IMG/VR virus record: IMGVR_UViG_3300032277_001725
Span: 1-26,468 of that record
From: a virus
Taxonomy: Duplodnaviria; Caudoviricetes
Strand: one strand, 5' to 3'
DNA length: 26,468 nt
In this document: positions 16,189-25,765 of the stretch, in pieces
Position numbering within the stretch: the stretch's first letter is position 1
Layout of the letters: the number at the start of each line of letters is the position of its first letter
Position numbers and translations under genes: made by a program
The notes under the pieces: model-generated
Seen by the model: only the letters and a program-made list of their open reading frames with translations
What the model was told of the DNA's origin: nothing
Databases searched by the model: none

Positions 16189-16891
16189 ATTTATTAAAGG
16201 TATCAATCAGGCTATGGCAGATATGATTGATAAAGTAAGTTACGATCAGCCTATTAGTGAATATGATAAGAAAGCTCTTGAACTTACACCCAAGTATGTT
16301 ACTATAGACTATATGAACTTACTTTCAGATCCTCCATCTAACTCTAGCGATATCACTCGTAAAGAACTAATGTATCTCTCTAAGATCACATCGAACCTTA
16401 CAGAGAGACAGTTAGAGCTTATTAAGATGGTTGATGAAGACCCAAACAATCTATTTATGCCGATACTCAAAATTCACGGACTCAAGTTTCCAAAGGATAA
16501 ATTCAAGGAGTTCTATAAATCCACTCTGGAGCCTGTGATAGTTCAGTTAAAATATAAATTTTTAAGGGCAAGACCTTACCAGCTTGCAGAAAAAATGAGC
16601 ATCAGTATAAAAGTAACTGAAACAGATAGTCATCATACTCCAGCATATCCTTCGGGTCATACAATGTATGCGGCGTTTGCCGCTTCTATGTTGAGTACAA
16701 TGTATCCAGATTATACTTCTGATTTCTATCGAATTGCCAATCTTGCTGGAGAAGCTAGAATGTTACAAGGTGTACACTACCCATCAGATAATGATGCTTC
16801 GATGGTTGTAGCGTCAGCCATCTATGAAGATATTAAATATGATATGTTTCCAGATATGAAAATAGGAGAAGACAATGCCACTACCGACTAG
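16172..16891 (+). CDS. PAP2-superfamily phosphatase
   Basis: KxxxxRxRP, YPSGH, R...GVHYPSD. Confidence 0.85.
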   Translation: MTSKNKFIKGINQAMADMIDKVSYDQPISEYDKKALELTPKYVTIDYMNLLSDPPSNSSDITRKELMYLSKITSNLTERQLELIKMVDEDPNNLFMPILKIHGLKFPKDKFKEFYKSTLEPVIVQLKYKFLRARPYQLAEKMSISIKVTETDSHHTPAYPSGHTMYAAFAASMLSTMYPDYTSDFYRIANLAGEARMLQGVHYPSDNDASMVVASAIYEDIKYDMFPDMKIGEDNATTD

Positions 16892-17126
16892 AAATGATGA
16901 AGAATCAGCTAAAGACTTTATGCCTCGTTGCATGTCTAGCGATAAGATGAAAGAAGAATACCCAGATAATAAACAAAGGCTTGCAGTTTGTATGAATCAA
17001 TCAAGAGCCGCTATGGATGGAGACTTGATTTCTATGGCTAGTGAAGAAGTTTATTACGAAAGACTAAAAAGAGAAGCTAATATATCTTTAGCGGAGTTAG
17101 CTATCTTTATGGGTCTACCGCTATAG
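16875..17126 (+). CDS. Phage hypothetical protein
   Basis: MPLP...FM.RCM...EYPD.KQRLAVC motif; AGGAG RBS. Confidence 0.7.
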   Translation: MPLPTRNDEESAKDFMPRCMSSDKMKEEYPDNKQRLAVCMNQSRAAMDGDLISMASEEVYYERLKREANISLAELAIFMGLPL

Positions 17127-17132
17127 TTTTAA

Positions 17133-17474
17133 GGGGGTGAACTGGAATCGACCAGTAATAAAGTTATTGATTGCATGTAGTAGTTGAACGAATGGCTACT
17201 TGAAAAATCGTTCATATTTTTTTAAGTGTAGAAGAGAATTTCGCACTAGCCGCTTAATGCGGCAGGGGTATCACAGCCCTGTAAACCAAATAGTGATGAT
17301 GCAGATAATTCCGCTAGAGTATATATACTTGAACTAAATATATATGATAACAATAATTTGTTTGACTCCGATAATTCGGATAGCCTAGTATGGTGGGCGA
17401 TAATAATTATACTAAACATGTAGAAGTTAATAATAATATTATGTGGCACGCGGGTTCAAATCCCGCCACCTCCA
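17133..17474 (+). ncRNA. ssrA: tmRNA, tag peptide (A)VEENFALAA
   Basis: GGGGGTG/CACCTCC acceptor with G3-U pair, discriminator A; 5' GGAATCGAC; 3' T-arm GCGGG-TTCAAAT-CCCGC; tag ORF 17228-17257 after TAAGT. Confidence 0.93.
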
Positions 17475-17507
17475 CTTAGTAATTATATTACTTTTTTATT
17501 TTGGACA

Positions 17508-17554
17508 ACCGTAACTACGCTGACAATGGTTTTTACGACCTTGAAATTTTTTTG
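17508..17554 (+). repeat. Imperfect ~47-bp direct repeat, left copy
   Basis: ACCGTAACTACGCTGACAATGGTTTTTACGACCTTGAAATTTTTTTG; differs from 18277-18324 by 6 substitutions and 1 T indel. Confidence 0.85.
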
Positions 17555-17561
17555 GTGGAAA

Positions 17562-18287
17562 ATGTCAAACGAAACATTTATTGTTCCGGTAAATCCCGGA
17601 TTATTTTGTAACAAGCTAATAGTTTGTACTGTCTATTCAATACTATCTGTCAAATATAATAAGTCAATATCTTTCTCTAACTACGGTCAAGACTATTTGC
17701 CATATTTATTTGAATTCTTAGATGAAGAAAAATTAGACATAACTGATACTGCTCTCTCTGATTGGCAACCTATACCGCAAGAGGTTCTAGACTTAGGATG
17801 CAAAAATACCGAATATCTACAATGTAGTGGAACAGCTAAACTTTTTGCAGAAAATTTACATCTGGTATTTAAGGATGAAGTTATAAATCAAGAACCGATA
17901 GATGGTCTTTTTGTACACATGAGGCTAGGTGATATAGATGAAAAATACAGACAAGATAGAGATTATTATGATCTAGCATTGCAAAAAATACCTAATTATC
18001 AAAATATGAAAAGATATGTTACCTCTTCTGAGCTTCACTCTGAGACTGTAAAGTCTTTTGCTAAAGAATTTGACTTTGAAATATATAAGGGAGGAAGAGA
18101 AGAGACTTTGAAATTTGGTTCAAGGTTTACCAACAAAATACTTAGTCAAGGTACATACAGTTGGTTTATGGGTATTTTAGGTTCAAGTAATAATATTATA
18201 TATCCAGCATTTTACGAAGACAAAATATGGCACGACCCGACACTTTATGAGCCTACTGATTGGCACTGCTTGTACTACCGCAACTAA
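17562..18287 (+). CDS. GT11 (alpha-1,2-fucosyltransferase-like) glycosyltransferase
   Basis: GLFCNKL, VHMRLGD (HxRxGD), SQGTYSWF (SxSTFSWW-like). Start set at ATG 17562, after the repeat. Confidence 0.75.
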   Translation: MSNETFIVPVNPGLFCNKLIVCTVYSILSVKYNKSISFSNYGQDYLPYLFEFLDEEKLDITDTALSDWQPIPQEVLDLGCKNTEYLQCSGTAKLFAENLHLVFKDEVINQEPIDGLFVHMRLGDIDEKYRQDRDYYDLALQKIPNYQNMKRYVTSSELHSETVKSFAKEFDFEIYKGGREETLKFGSRFTNKILSQGTYSWFMGILGSSNNIIYPAFYEDKIWHDPTLYEPTDWHCLYYRN

Positions 18288-18324
18288 ACTGACAATGGTT
18301 TTTGTAACCTTGAAATTTTTTTTG
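18277..18324 (+). repeat. Imperfect direct repeat, right copy
   Basis: ACCGCAACTAAACTGACAATGGTTTTTGTAACCTTGAAATTTTTTTTG; contains the GT11 stop codon. Confidence 0.85.
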
Positions 18325-18374
18325 AGCATTTTTCATCGAGATAAGTTATAGTATAGTGGTTCCTGAATTTGTTT

Positions 18375-18452
18375 TGAGCGTTGTCCCCCAACGGCGCTCA
18401 TGAATTAGCGCCATCTTAATTTCCCCTATAGTTAAGGTGGCGCATTTTTTTT
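18375..18452 (+). terminator. Two GC-rich hairpins with C-rich loops, the second followed by T8 (terminator or small RNA)
   Basis: TGAGCGTTGT-ccccca-ACGGCGCTCA; GCGCCATCTTAAT-ttcccctata-GTTAAGGTGGCGC-ATTTTTTTT. Confidence 0.65.
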
Positions 18453-18464
18453 GAAAGAAACTAA

Positions 18465-19316
18465 ATGAAAGATGTAAATGTTTTTTTTATTGAGAACAAA
18501 CTAGAAATAGAAGCTGATGGCAATTTAGCTTATCAATCATTGGAAAAGCAGTTGAAAGAAAACAAGCTGTCATATTTTATCAAGAAGTTTGCTTCTAATG
18601 AACTTCCCACATCTAGTAACTCTTCATTAACCTTAGTTTTTCTAGAAAATTCATCCGTTCCAAAAAACTACATAAAAAACATTATTGCTTTAGGCCATAT
18701 GGTGCAAGATTTTTCTATCTTATGTGGTGATGTGAATCCCGTCACCCCTACGATACCTAATGATGCCTTCACCTCTGAGATATTAGAATATTGTCATTCA
18801 TATAATCTGGCAAAATATTATAAAAATTTGGTTTGTGATATAACAGATGAGCCTGATAACTTTTGCCCTTCATATAATATAGCGATCAATTCTTCAGTAT
18901 ATAATAAAATTGGAGGCATAGCACCAATATCGTCACCGAAAGGTTTTATAAACAATGACAGAGGATTTGTACTGACTTCTTCTAAACATGGCAAAATAAT
19001 ACACTCAGAATTTTTGAAGACTTCAGTACACCTTTCAGAATCAGATTTTTCTTTGAAATCAATATCAAAGTATTTTTATAATCAGGGATTCCTTGCGGCA
19101 ATGAATATAAATTTTAAGAAAATGCCCCACTTTGAAAGAATCTGGAAACAATTTGTGGAAACGCCAGAGTCTTTAGATCACAGGGTTTTAGGGAGGCTAA
19201 CATTTACTTCAGAGAAAAATTCTAAGGATAAGAAAATCTTCGCTGAAAAACTAGCTATGATTAAATGTTCTTATCAGTCTGGTTTATTTGAGGGCTTGTC
19301 TGGGACAGTGTTATAA
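18465..19316 (+). CDS. Hypothetical protein, possibly a degenerate GT2-like glycosyltransferase
   Basis: ILCGDV.P and NIAINSSVYNKIGGI resemble GT2 segments; no clear DxD; located in a glycosyltransferase cluster. Confidence 0.45.
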   Translation: MKDVNVFFIENKLEIEADGNLAYQSLEKQLKENKLSYFIKKFASNELPTSSNSSLTLVFLENSSVPKNYIKNIIALGHMVQDFSILCGDVNPVTPTIPNDAFTSEILEYCHSYNLAKYYKNLVCDITDEPDNFCPSYNIAINSSVYNKIGGIAPISSPKGFINNDRGFVLTSSKHGKIIHSEFLKTSVHLSESDFSLKSISKYFYNQGFLAAMNINFKKMPHFERIWKQFVETPESLDHRVLGRLTFTSEKNSKDKKIFAEKLAMIKCSYQSGLFEGLSGTVL

Positions 19317-20281
19317 TGCTAGCTTTAAATACTTCACAGTGTACAGGCTTTAACATACATAGGAGTGGTTGGAATTATTGTATATCCTCCCTTAAGCCTT
19401 TTCATTCTAATCACGGTATATTCGTAGATGGCTTTGTAGAAGACAATTTCTCTTGGAAAATAGAAAACTACTACTATAAAGACTCTGATCACATCCCTTA
19501 CACTGCGGACTGGATAGGCTTTATTCACAATCCTCCAAATCCACCTGAATGGTTTGACAATTATAATAGTCCAGAAGCTGTTTTTTCTAGAGATGTATTT
19601 AGAAAATCGTTAGATCATTGTGTAGCGCTAGTATGTCTTTCGGATTATTTAGCAGATTGGGTTAAGTCAAAATGTGACGTTCCGGTGATATCAGTTAAAC
19701 ATCCAACAGCAACCAACATAAATAAGTGGGAACCGGATAAGTTTTTATACAAAAAAAGACCTGAACTGGTTCAGGTTGGTTATTGGCTTAGAAGAATGTT
19801 CTCAATATGTGAAGTCAATGTTCCATACCCGTTTATAAAAAAATGGCTACCAAGTAATTATAAATATGCAAATTTACTTTTAGATTTTGAAAAAAGGACA
19901 TTCCTACATCCATCTGATAATAAGGCTAGATGGTCTGGCGTTGAAATGTTGGAACGCATTCCCGATAAAGACTATGATGAAATGATGACTAGCTGCATTG
20001 TATTTCTTGATCTGTACGACTCTTCAGCTAACAACGCTGTTATCGAATGTATTGCAAGAAATACACCCTTATTAGTTAATAGACATCCAGCAGTAGTAGA
20101 ATATTGTGGAGAGGATTACCCACTGTACTTTGATAGCCTAGACCATGCTTTTGAATTAATCTGTGACTTTGATAAAATTTTTGCAGCACACGAGCATTTT
20201 AAGAACATGGACAAACGCTGGATTAATGGCAGCTACTTTGCCAATAACTTAACAACTAAGTTAGAAAGATTAATACCATGA
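19316..20281 (+). CDS. Putative GT-B glycosyltransferase-like protein (HRSGW motif)
   Basis: HRSGW, WIGFIHNP, LVCLSDYLA, FLDLYDSSANNAVIECIARNTPLLVN (GT4-like C-terminal motif). Confidence 0.6.
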   Translation: MLALNTSQCTGFNIHRSGWNYCISSLKPFHSNHGIFVDGFVEDNFSWKIENYYYKDSDHIPYTADWIGFIHNPPNPPEWFDNYNSPEAVFSRDVFRKSLDHCVALVCLSDYLADWVKSKCDVPVISVKHPTATNINKWEPDKFLYKKRPELVQVGYWLRRMFSICEVNVPYPFIKKWLPSNYKYANLLLDFEKRTFLHPSDNKARWSGVEMLERIPDKDYDEMMTSCIVFLDLYDSSANNAVIECIARNTPLLVNRHPAVVEYCGEDYPLYFDSLDHAFELICDFDKIFAAHEHFKNMDKRWINGSYFANNLTTKLERLIP

Positions 20282-22815
20282 AAAAATGTTGCCCAACAGA
20301 AAGACATTATTGTACAAGGCCATTCGAGTTCTTTGAAACTTACGATGATGGCAGTATTGGGTTTTGCTGTCCTTCTTGGTATAACAATTATGAAATAGGA
20401 AACATAAATGACAATTCTGTTGAAGAAGTCTGGAACGGCGAAGCCGCACAGGAATTAAGACGTTCTATTTTAGATGGATCTTTTAAATATTGTGATGAAA
20501 AAGTATGTCCACATCTGTCAACAAAAACTCACTGTGTACAAACATTACACCAAATAGAAGTTGCGGGCGACAAGGGCTGGGATTTAGTTGCGGATGATAT
20601 AAAAAACAACAGGACAATATTGAATCATAGTCCTCTTCAGATTCAGTTTGGGTACGATAGGTCATGTCAGTTGGCATGTCCATCTTGCAGGCTAGAAGTG
20701 ATTATGGAGGGTGGAGCAAGAAGAGAATTTATTATTGGATTACAAGATAAGTTAAGAAAAGAAGCATTTAAGGATGCTAAGACTTTTACAATTACAGGCT
20801 CCGGCGATCCTTTTGCTAGTCCGGTCTTTAGAGAATTACTAATGACACTCAAGGAAGAAGAGGCTCCAAGTTTAGAATACATTCAGCTTTTGACTAATGG
20901 GCTTTTGCTTGATAAGTATTGGGATAAAATATCAGACTTTGCAAGGGAAAAAATACAACACATCTCAATTTCTATAGATGCGGCATCAGAAGAGATATAC
21001 AAAAAAGTTAGAAAGGGCGGTGACTGGAATCGCTTAGTAGAAAATTTAAGTTTTGCGAAGAAGCTAAAAGATGAAGGGGAAATAATATCATTTAACACCA
21101 GCTTTGTTATACAAGACGAAAATGTTGAAGAGATGTTAAATTTTGTTGACTTATGTGCAAACTACGATGTTACTCTTGTACAGTTTCAAACATATGAACC
21201 AGATTTTTTAGACTTTACTGAAAACTTTTTACCTATTTGGTATGAAAGAGCCGTTCAGGAAAAAACACACCCTAAACATTCAAAACTCATTAAAGCATTA
21301 CATCATCCAAATATAAAAGCTAGATATTTAGATTATCTAAATTGGGAAACAACACATCAAGAATGGGAAAATGGCTACGCTACAAAAGTTATGATTGGGG
21401 GTTTAAGTTCTGTCCTGCTTCACGGAGAAGATATATCTCAATTAGAAGCTAACTTGTTAAAGTATGGATATAAAGATGTATATTATAATGACAAACTTCA
21501 TATTATAGAAGACAAATACTTAGAAGCTTTTGAAGATACAGAGAGAGTAAAGTTTGGAGAACTTGATCTGGTCTGGGATGGCTCTCAAAATAAATGGCTA
21601 ACTCATGGAGATTGGAAAAATCGACAGATTCTTCTTGGGTTATTTGAGGCTCCTGTTTTTAATGAAGAAAAAGAATATGAGCTGGACAAGATAAATATGG
21701 ACGCTGGAAATAGTGACCTCCCAATAATTGATACATCTAATCTATTTTGCAAACAGCCATTTGAAAATTTTGAAGTAGATGGTAATGGAAACGTAAGAAC
21801 ATGCTGTGCTTATTGGATGAATCAAACAATAGGAAACATAAATCATTCGCCTATAGAAGAAATACTTAACTCAGAAGAAGCTAAAAAAATTAGAGCCTCA
21901 ATTTTAGATGGAAGCTTTTCTTATTGTAATAAACAAACATGTGCTAGGCTACAAAGTAAAGGCACTTATGACGATCAGTCTGGTCTTTTCTCAAAAGATA
22001 AAGTGACAGATTCTCGATATAGAAAAATTATAGATGAAAACATAGTAGAAGTGGAAAGAATCAAGCACATTAACTTCCTGTGGGATGACTCCTGCAATTT
22101 AAAATGCCCGAGCTGTAGGATAAGTTCAATATTACATACTTCAGGCAAGAAATATGATGATGCCGTTGAAATACAAAATAAGATAATGGATTTTGTTTTA
22201 AATGAACAACCCAAAGGTGAAACATCGTTAAACATTACTGGGTCTGGAGATGCTTTTGGCTCCAAGGTTTTTAGAGACTTTTTAATAAACTTTGATGGAG
22301 AACAGCACCCAGAAATTCAGATTAATTTGCAGACAAACGGTGTGATGTTTACAGAAAAAATGTGGCGATCAATGCACAAATGTCATAATAATATAGGAGA
22401 GGTTTTAGTCTCGATTGATGCTGGCACAAAAGAAACTTATGATATAGTTAGGGTTGGTGGTAATTGGGACTTGTTGATGAAAAATATTCAGATGCTATCC
22501 AATCTGCGACTTGAAGGAAAAATAAAAGTTACACTAACTCTAGACTTTGTAGTACAAAAACACAATTACAAAGAAATGCCTTTAGCTATTGAGTTAGCCA
22601 ACTCTTTAGAGGGTGTTGACAAAATGAAGTTTTCTCTTGTTACAGATTGGGGAACTTGGAAAAGAGATGTTTTTGAAGACCACGCCGTATGGATGGAAAA
22701 CAATCCACTACATGAAGATTTTGTAAATTCATTTAACAATGAAATTTTTTCAGGTGACAAAGTAGACTTAGGAAATGTGTATCACTATTATGAATTAGCT
22801 AGAGGTAAAGAATGA
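20278..22815 (+). CDS. Tandem-duplicated SPASM-like/radical SAM protein
   Basis: Two modules, each C..PF...CC..W...IGNI...R.SILDGSF.YC....C followed by CxxxCxxC (CQLACPSC, CNLKCPSC), ITGSGD.F, TNG, SIDA, VR.GG.W. Confidence 0.88.
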   Translation: MKKCCPTERHYCTRPFEFFETYDDGSIGFCCPSWYNNYEIGNINDNSVEEVWNGEAAQELRRSILDGSFKYCDEKVCPHLSTKTHCVQTLHQIEVAGDKGWDLVADDIKNNRTILNHSPLQIQFGYDRSCQLACPSCRLEVIMEGGARREFIIGLQDKLRKEAFKDAKTFTITGSGDPFASPVFRELLMTLKEEEAPSLEYIQLLTNGLLLDKYWDKISDFAREKIQHISISIDAASEEIYKKVRKGGDWNRLVENLSFAKKLKDEGEIISFNTSFVIQDENVEEMLNFVDLCANYDVTLVQFQTYEPDFLDFTENFLPIWYERAVQEKTHPKHSKLIKALHHPNIKARYLDYLNWETTHQEWENGYATKVMIGGLSSVLLHGEDISQLEANLLKYGYKDVYYNDKLHIIEDKYLEAFEDTERVKFGELDLVWDGSQNKWLTHGDWKNRQILLGLFEAPVFNEEKEYELDKINMDAGNSDLPIIDTSNLFCKQPFENFEVDGNGNVRTCCAYWMNQTIGNINHSPIEEILNSEEAKKIRASILDGSFSYCNKQTCARLQSKGTYDDQSGLFSKDKVTDSRYRKIIDENIVEVERIKHINFLWDDSCNLKCPSCRISSILHTSGKKYDDAVEIQNKIMDFVLNEQPKGETSLNITGSGDAFGSKVFRDFLINFDGEQHPEIQINLQTNGVMFTEKMWRSMHKCHNNIGEVLVSIDAGTKETYDIVRVGGNWDLLMKNIQMLSNLRLEGKIKVTLTLDFVVQKHNYKEMPLAIELANSLEGVDKMKFSLVTDWGTWKRDVFEDHAVWMENNPLHEDFVNSFNNEIFSGDKVDLGNVYHYYELARGKE

Positions 22816-23852
22816 TTAATATAACAGCACCAATAAATTCGCTTGGGTATGGTGTAGCAAGCTATAATATTATTAAGAGTCTATTAGTATTAGGTCAAAA
22901 TATAAATTATATCCCGATAGGGCAACCTGAAATAAATGATCCGTTTATCAATAATATAATTATGTCTTCGACACATGAGAAGACACCATCTGTAAAGATT
23001 TGGCATCAACATGAGTTACACGGACATGTTGGTAAAGGTATGCACGTTGGCTTTCCTATATTTGAACTTGAAAGATTTAACGACATAGAAAAACAAAGCA
23101 TCAAATATAACGACAGAATATTTGTATGTTCTAAATGGGCTAAGCAAGTTATTGAAGACCAAACAAATGTAAATACAAAAGTTGTGCCTTTAGGTGTTGA
23201 TACAGATATTTTCAAGCCGTACAATTCCAGCAGGCCAAAAACTATATTTTTTAATTGTGGTAAATGGGAAGTTAGAAAAGGCCATGATGTTTTAGCTCAA
23301 TGCTTTAATACAGCGTTTGACCACTCTGACGATGTTGAGTTATGGATGATGTGTCACAACCCCTTTTACTCGGCTGAACAGCAGCAACAATGGGAAAAGC
23401 TTTATAAAGATTCTCCTTTAGGCGACAAGATTAGAATTATCCCAAGACAGAATACACATACAGATGTTTATAATATTATGAAGCAAACCGACTGTGGTGT
23501 ATTTCCAGCAAGAGCTGAGGGATGGAATCTAGAACTACTAGAAATGATGGCTTGCGGAAAACATGTCATTGCTACTGAGTATTCTGCTCACACTGAGTTT
23601 TGCAATGAAAAAAATTGCAACCTTATCTCGATAGATAATTTAGAGCCAGCTCAAGATGGTGTTTGGTTTCATGGTCAAGGAATGTGGGCATCTCTAGGAA
23701 ATAACCAGATAGAGCAGATTGTGAACCACATGAGAAGAATTCATAAAGAGAAGCAAGAGGGTTTGCTAGAATCTAATATTGACGGTATATATACTGCAAA
23801 AGAGTTTTCTTGGAAGAACTCTGCTGAAAAGTTTATAAAAGGTTTAGAATAA
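22812..23852 (+). CDS. GT4 glycosyltransferase
   Basis: VPLGVDTDIF, GKWEVRKG, FPARAEGWNLELLEMMACGKHVIAT, FSW. Confidence 0.9.
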   Translation: MINITAPINSLGYGVASYNIIKSLLVLGQNINYIPIGQPEINDPFINNIIMSSTHEKTPSVKIWHQHELHGHVGKGMHVGFPIFELERFNDIEKQSIKYNDRIFVCSKWAKQVIEDQTNVNTKVVPLGVDTDIFKPYNSSRPKTIFFNCGKWEVRKGHDVLAQCFNTAFDHSDDVELWMMCHNPFYSAEQQQQWEKLYKDSPLGDKIRIIPRQNTHTDVYNIMKQTDCGVFPARAEGWNLELLEMMACGKHVIATEYSAHTEFCNEKNCNLISIDNLEPAQDGVWFHGQGMWASLGNNQIEQIVNHMRRIHKEKQEGLLESNIDGIYTAKEFSWKNSAEKFIKGLE

Positions 23853-23854
23853 AC

Positions 23855-23883
23855 TTGCCTATTGTGTATTAGTACGTTAGAAT
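23855..23883 (+). promoter_or_regulatory. Sigma70-like promoter
   Basis: TTGCCT-17 nt-TAGAAT in the intergenic gap. Confidence 0.5.
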
Positions 23884-23922
23884 AGTCTTAGTCAACCAAT
23901 ACATCTTTAAAGGAGATAAAAA

Positions 23923-24096
23923 ATGGTAGATAAACTAAAGAGCTTGGTGAGATCGAAACGTTTTTGGACTGCTGTCGGTACTGTTGTTACTGTAGCACTT
24001 CAAGATGTTGTTGGTATCCCACCAGAGACGGCCACTAGCATTGTTGCAGTTGCTGTAGCATGGATTGTTGGTGATTCTCTTCGTCCAACGGAATAA
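23923..24096 (+). CDS. Small two-helix membrane protein, holin-like (57 aa)
   Basis: AAGGAG RBS; MVDKLKSLVRSKRFWTAVGTVVTVALQDVVGIPPETATSIVAVAVAWIVGDSLRPTE; SxxFW motif and two hydrophobic segments. Not in the ORF track. Confidence 0.7.
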   Translation: MVDKLKSLVRSKRFWTAVGTVVTVALQDVVGIPPETATSIVAVAVAWIVGDSLRPTE

Positions 24097-24120
24097 GACA
24101 TATTTGAGGATCATGATTCG

Positions 24121-24152
24121 GAGTCTAGCGCAAGACGCGCTAGGCTCTTTTA
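24121..24152 (+). terminator. Rho-independent terminator
   Basis: GAGTCTAGCGC-aagac-GCGCTAGGCTC-TTTTT. Confidence 0.8.
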
Positions 24153-24156
24153 ATAA

Positions 24157-24417
24157 ATGAGGAACAAAATGAACATAGACTTTATATCTGCAGCGGAGTC
24201 TCATTACAGAGCTAAGATGGATGAGGCTGGACTTACAATGAAAATTTATATGACATCATCAGTTGGTGTTGGAGAACATCCTCAAGTTTTTGAAGAGTTC
24301 AGAAATTCGCTAGAAGCTTATAAAGATGCAAGAGAAAATTTTCAGTTAATTCAAGAATTAAAAGCGCAATATATTAAGACCACACAAGATCAAGAAGAAG
24401 TAGCCGATGAAAATTAA
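24157..24417 (+). CDS. Conserved phage hypothetical protein (VGVGEHP motif)
   Basis: Motif common in marine phage small proteins. True start is probably ATG 24169, after GAGGA. Confidence 0.75.
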   Translation: MRNKMNIDFISAAESHYRAKMDEAGLTMKIYMTSSVGVGEHPQVFEEFRNSLEAYKDARENFQLIQELKAQYIKTTQDQEEVADEN

Positions 24418-24793
24418 GTTGTCTATACTTCCCGTCACTTTTGAAGACTCTAAAAGTATTTTAGATGCTAATAGAAATAGTCTACTACTTGATGATGATT
24501 ATAAGGTTATATCTCGTTTTTTTTATCAAGACACTGTTGAAGATTGTCTCAACAAACTCTCGTCAGAATTCATAAAATATGATACTGTCTGGCTACAATA
24601 CAAGCTTGCAGATTTTTTTAGAGTATCTGATAATGAATTTGAAGTAGTCTACTATTCCCACTTTCCATATGTAGCTGGTTTTAGTAAAAAGGGCAAAGTG
24701 CTAAACCTAAACGATACAGATAGTTTGAACAAGATCGGAGAAAGACATGTCGGAACATTATCAAAATTCACAACCACTAGATTTGCCTTCTAG
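24407..24793 (+). CDS. Hypothetical protein
   Basis: ORF track; coupled to the previous gene. Confidence 0.65.
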   Translation: MKIKLSILPVTFEDSKSILDANRNSLLLDDDYKVISRFFYQDTVEDCLNKLSSEFIKYDTVWLQYKLADFFRVSDNEFEVVYYSHFPYVAGFSKKGKVLNLNDTDSLNKIGERHVGTLSKFTTTRFAF

Positions 24794-25079
24794 CTCTTAT
24801 TTTACTGTCTTTGTTGAGCCAGAAACTTTCGATATATATTTTAAATGCGGATGGGGTAGCTCCATAGAAGATCTTTCGTCATTTGCTTCTATGTTATACA
24901 GGGTAAATTCTGGATACTATGAAGATGATATATTAAAGGAAATAGAAAGACAATGCACAACCTCTGGTGGAGATGGGGAGGAACAGTTCTTTGCCTTCTT
25001 GTCGGTTTATGACGAATTAAAGAGAGATGCAAAAAAAAGCGATTTGGCAGTTAGACCAACTCAAGTTAAGTTTGAATAG
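24747..25079 (+). CDS. Hypothetical protein
   Basis: GGAG upstream; acidic. Confidence 0.65.
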   Translation: MSEHYQNSQPLDLPSSSYFTVFVEPETFDIYFKCGWGSSIEDLSSFASMLYRVNSGYYEDDILKEIERQCTTSGGDGEEQFFAFLSVYDELKRDAKKSDLAVRPTQVKFE

Positions 25080-25135
25080 TGTGTATAATATATAAGATCA
25101 AAATTCAAAAATACAATAAACGTGGAGGCTAAGAG

Positions 25136-25765
25136 ATGTCTAGAAAAGCCACGATAGCTTGGGAAAGCTGGAACGCAATAGTTGATGAAATGCTCAGCGA
25201 AGATCCTATATCTCTTCTAGATGCAAATCTAACAGAAGAAGAAATAGAAATGATGGAGAACATGTTAAAGTATGCTCCAATCGAACCAGCTCAACCAAAG
25301 GTGTTATACACTCCTTACGGTCTATTCGCTGCAGAATCAATGTTAAAACCTTCAAACAGATGGGATTGTTGGTTTTGCTATACTTCTTTTGATATTACCA
25401 ATTCTATGGTAAAAAACATTGAAGAAATTCAAGGCGTAGAGTCGATTAAAGTATTATCAAGATATACAATGTTTATAGGAATTGGAAAACTTTTCAATTC
25501 TACACTTGTGAAACTTGATATAGAAGATACAATATCAGATAGGAATGATTTAGTTTTGGAAATTGAGGAGACTATAGAGATGGTCAAAACTCAAGTGTCC
25601 GAAAAACCTTACTGGGCTATATTCATTAGTCCCACAGCAGAAATTGAGTATATCATGTCAGATACGTTAGATGATGACTATCTGGATGATTTAAATAAAT
25701 TTGAAAACTTACGTGATAAAATTGGTGGAACCATATTAAGGAGCAAGAATGAAGAGACAACTTAA
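25136..25765 (+). CDS. Hypothetical acidic protein
   Basis: GGAGG RBS; 209 aa. Confidence 0.75.
   Translation: MSRKATIAWESWNAIVDEMLSEDPISLLDANLTEEEIEMMENMLKYAPIEPAQPKVLYTPYGLFAAESMLKPSNRWDCWFCYTSFDITNSMVKNIEEIQGVESIKVLSRYTMFIGIGKLFNSTLVKLDIEDTISDRNDLVLEIEETIEMVKTQVSEKPYWAIFISPTAEIEYIMSDTLDDDYLDDLNKFENLRDKIGGTILRSKNEETT

Noticed and set aside
17246-17449. Minus-strand ORF
   Set aside because: Lies entirely within the tmRNA.
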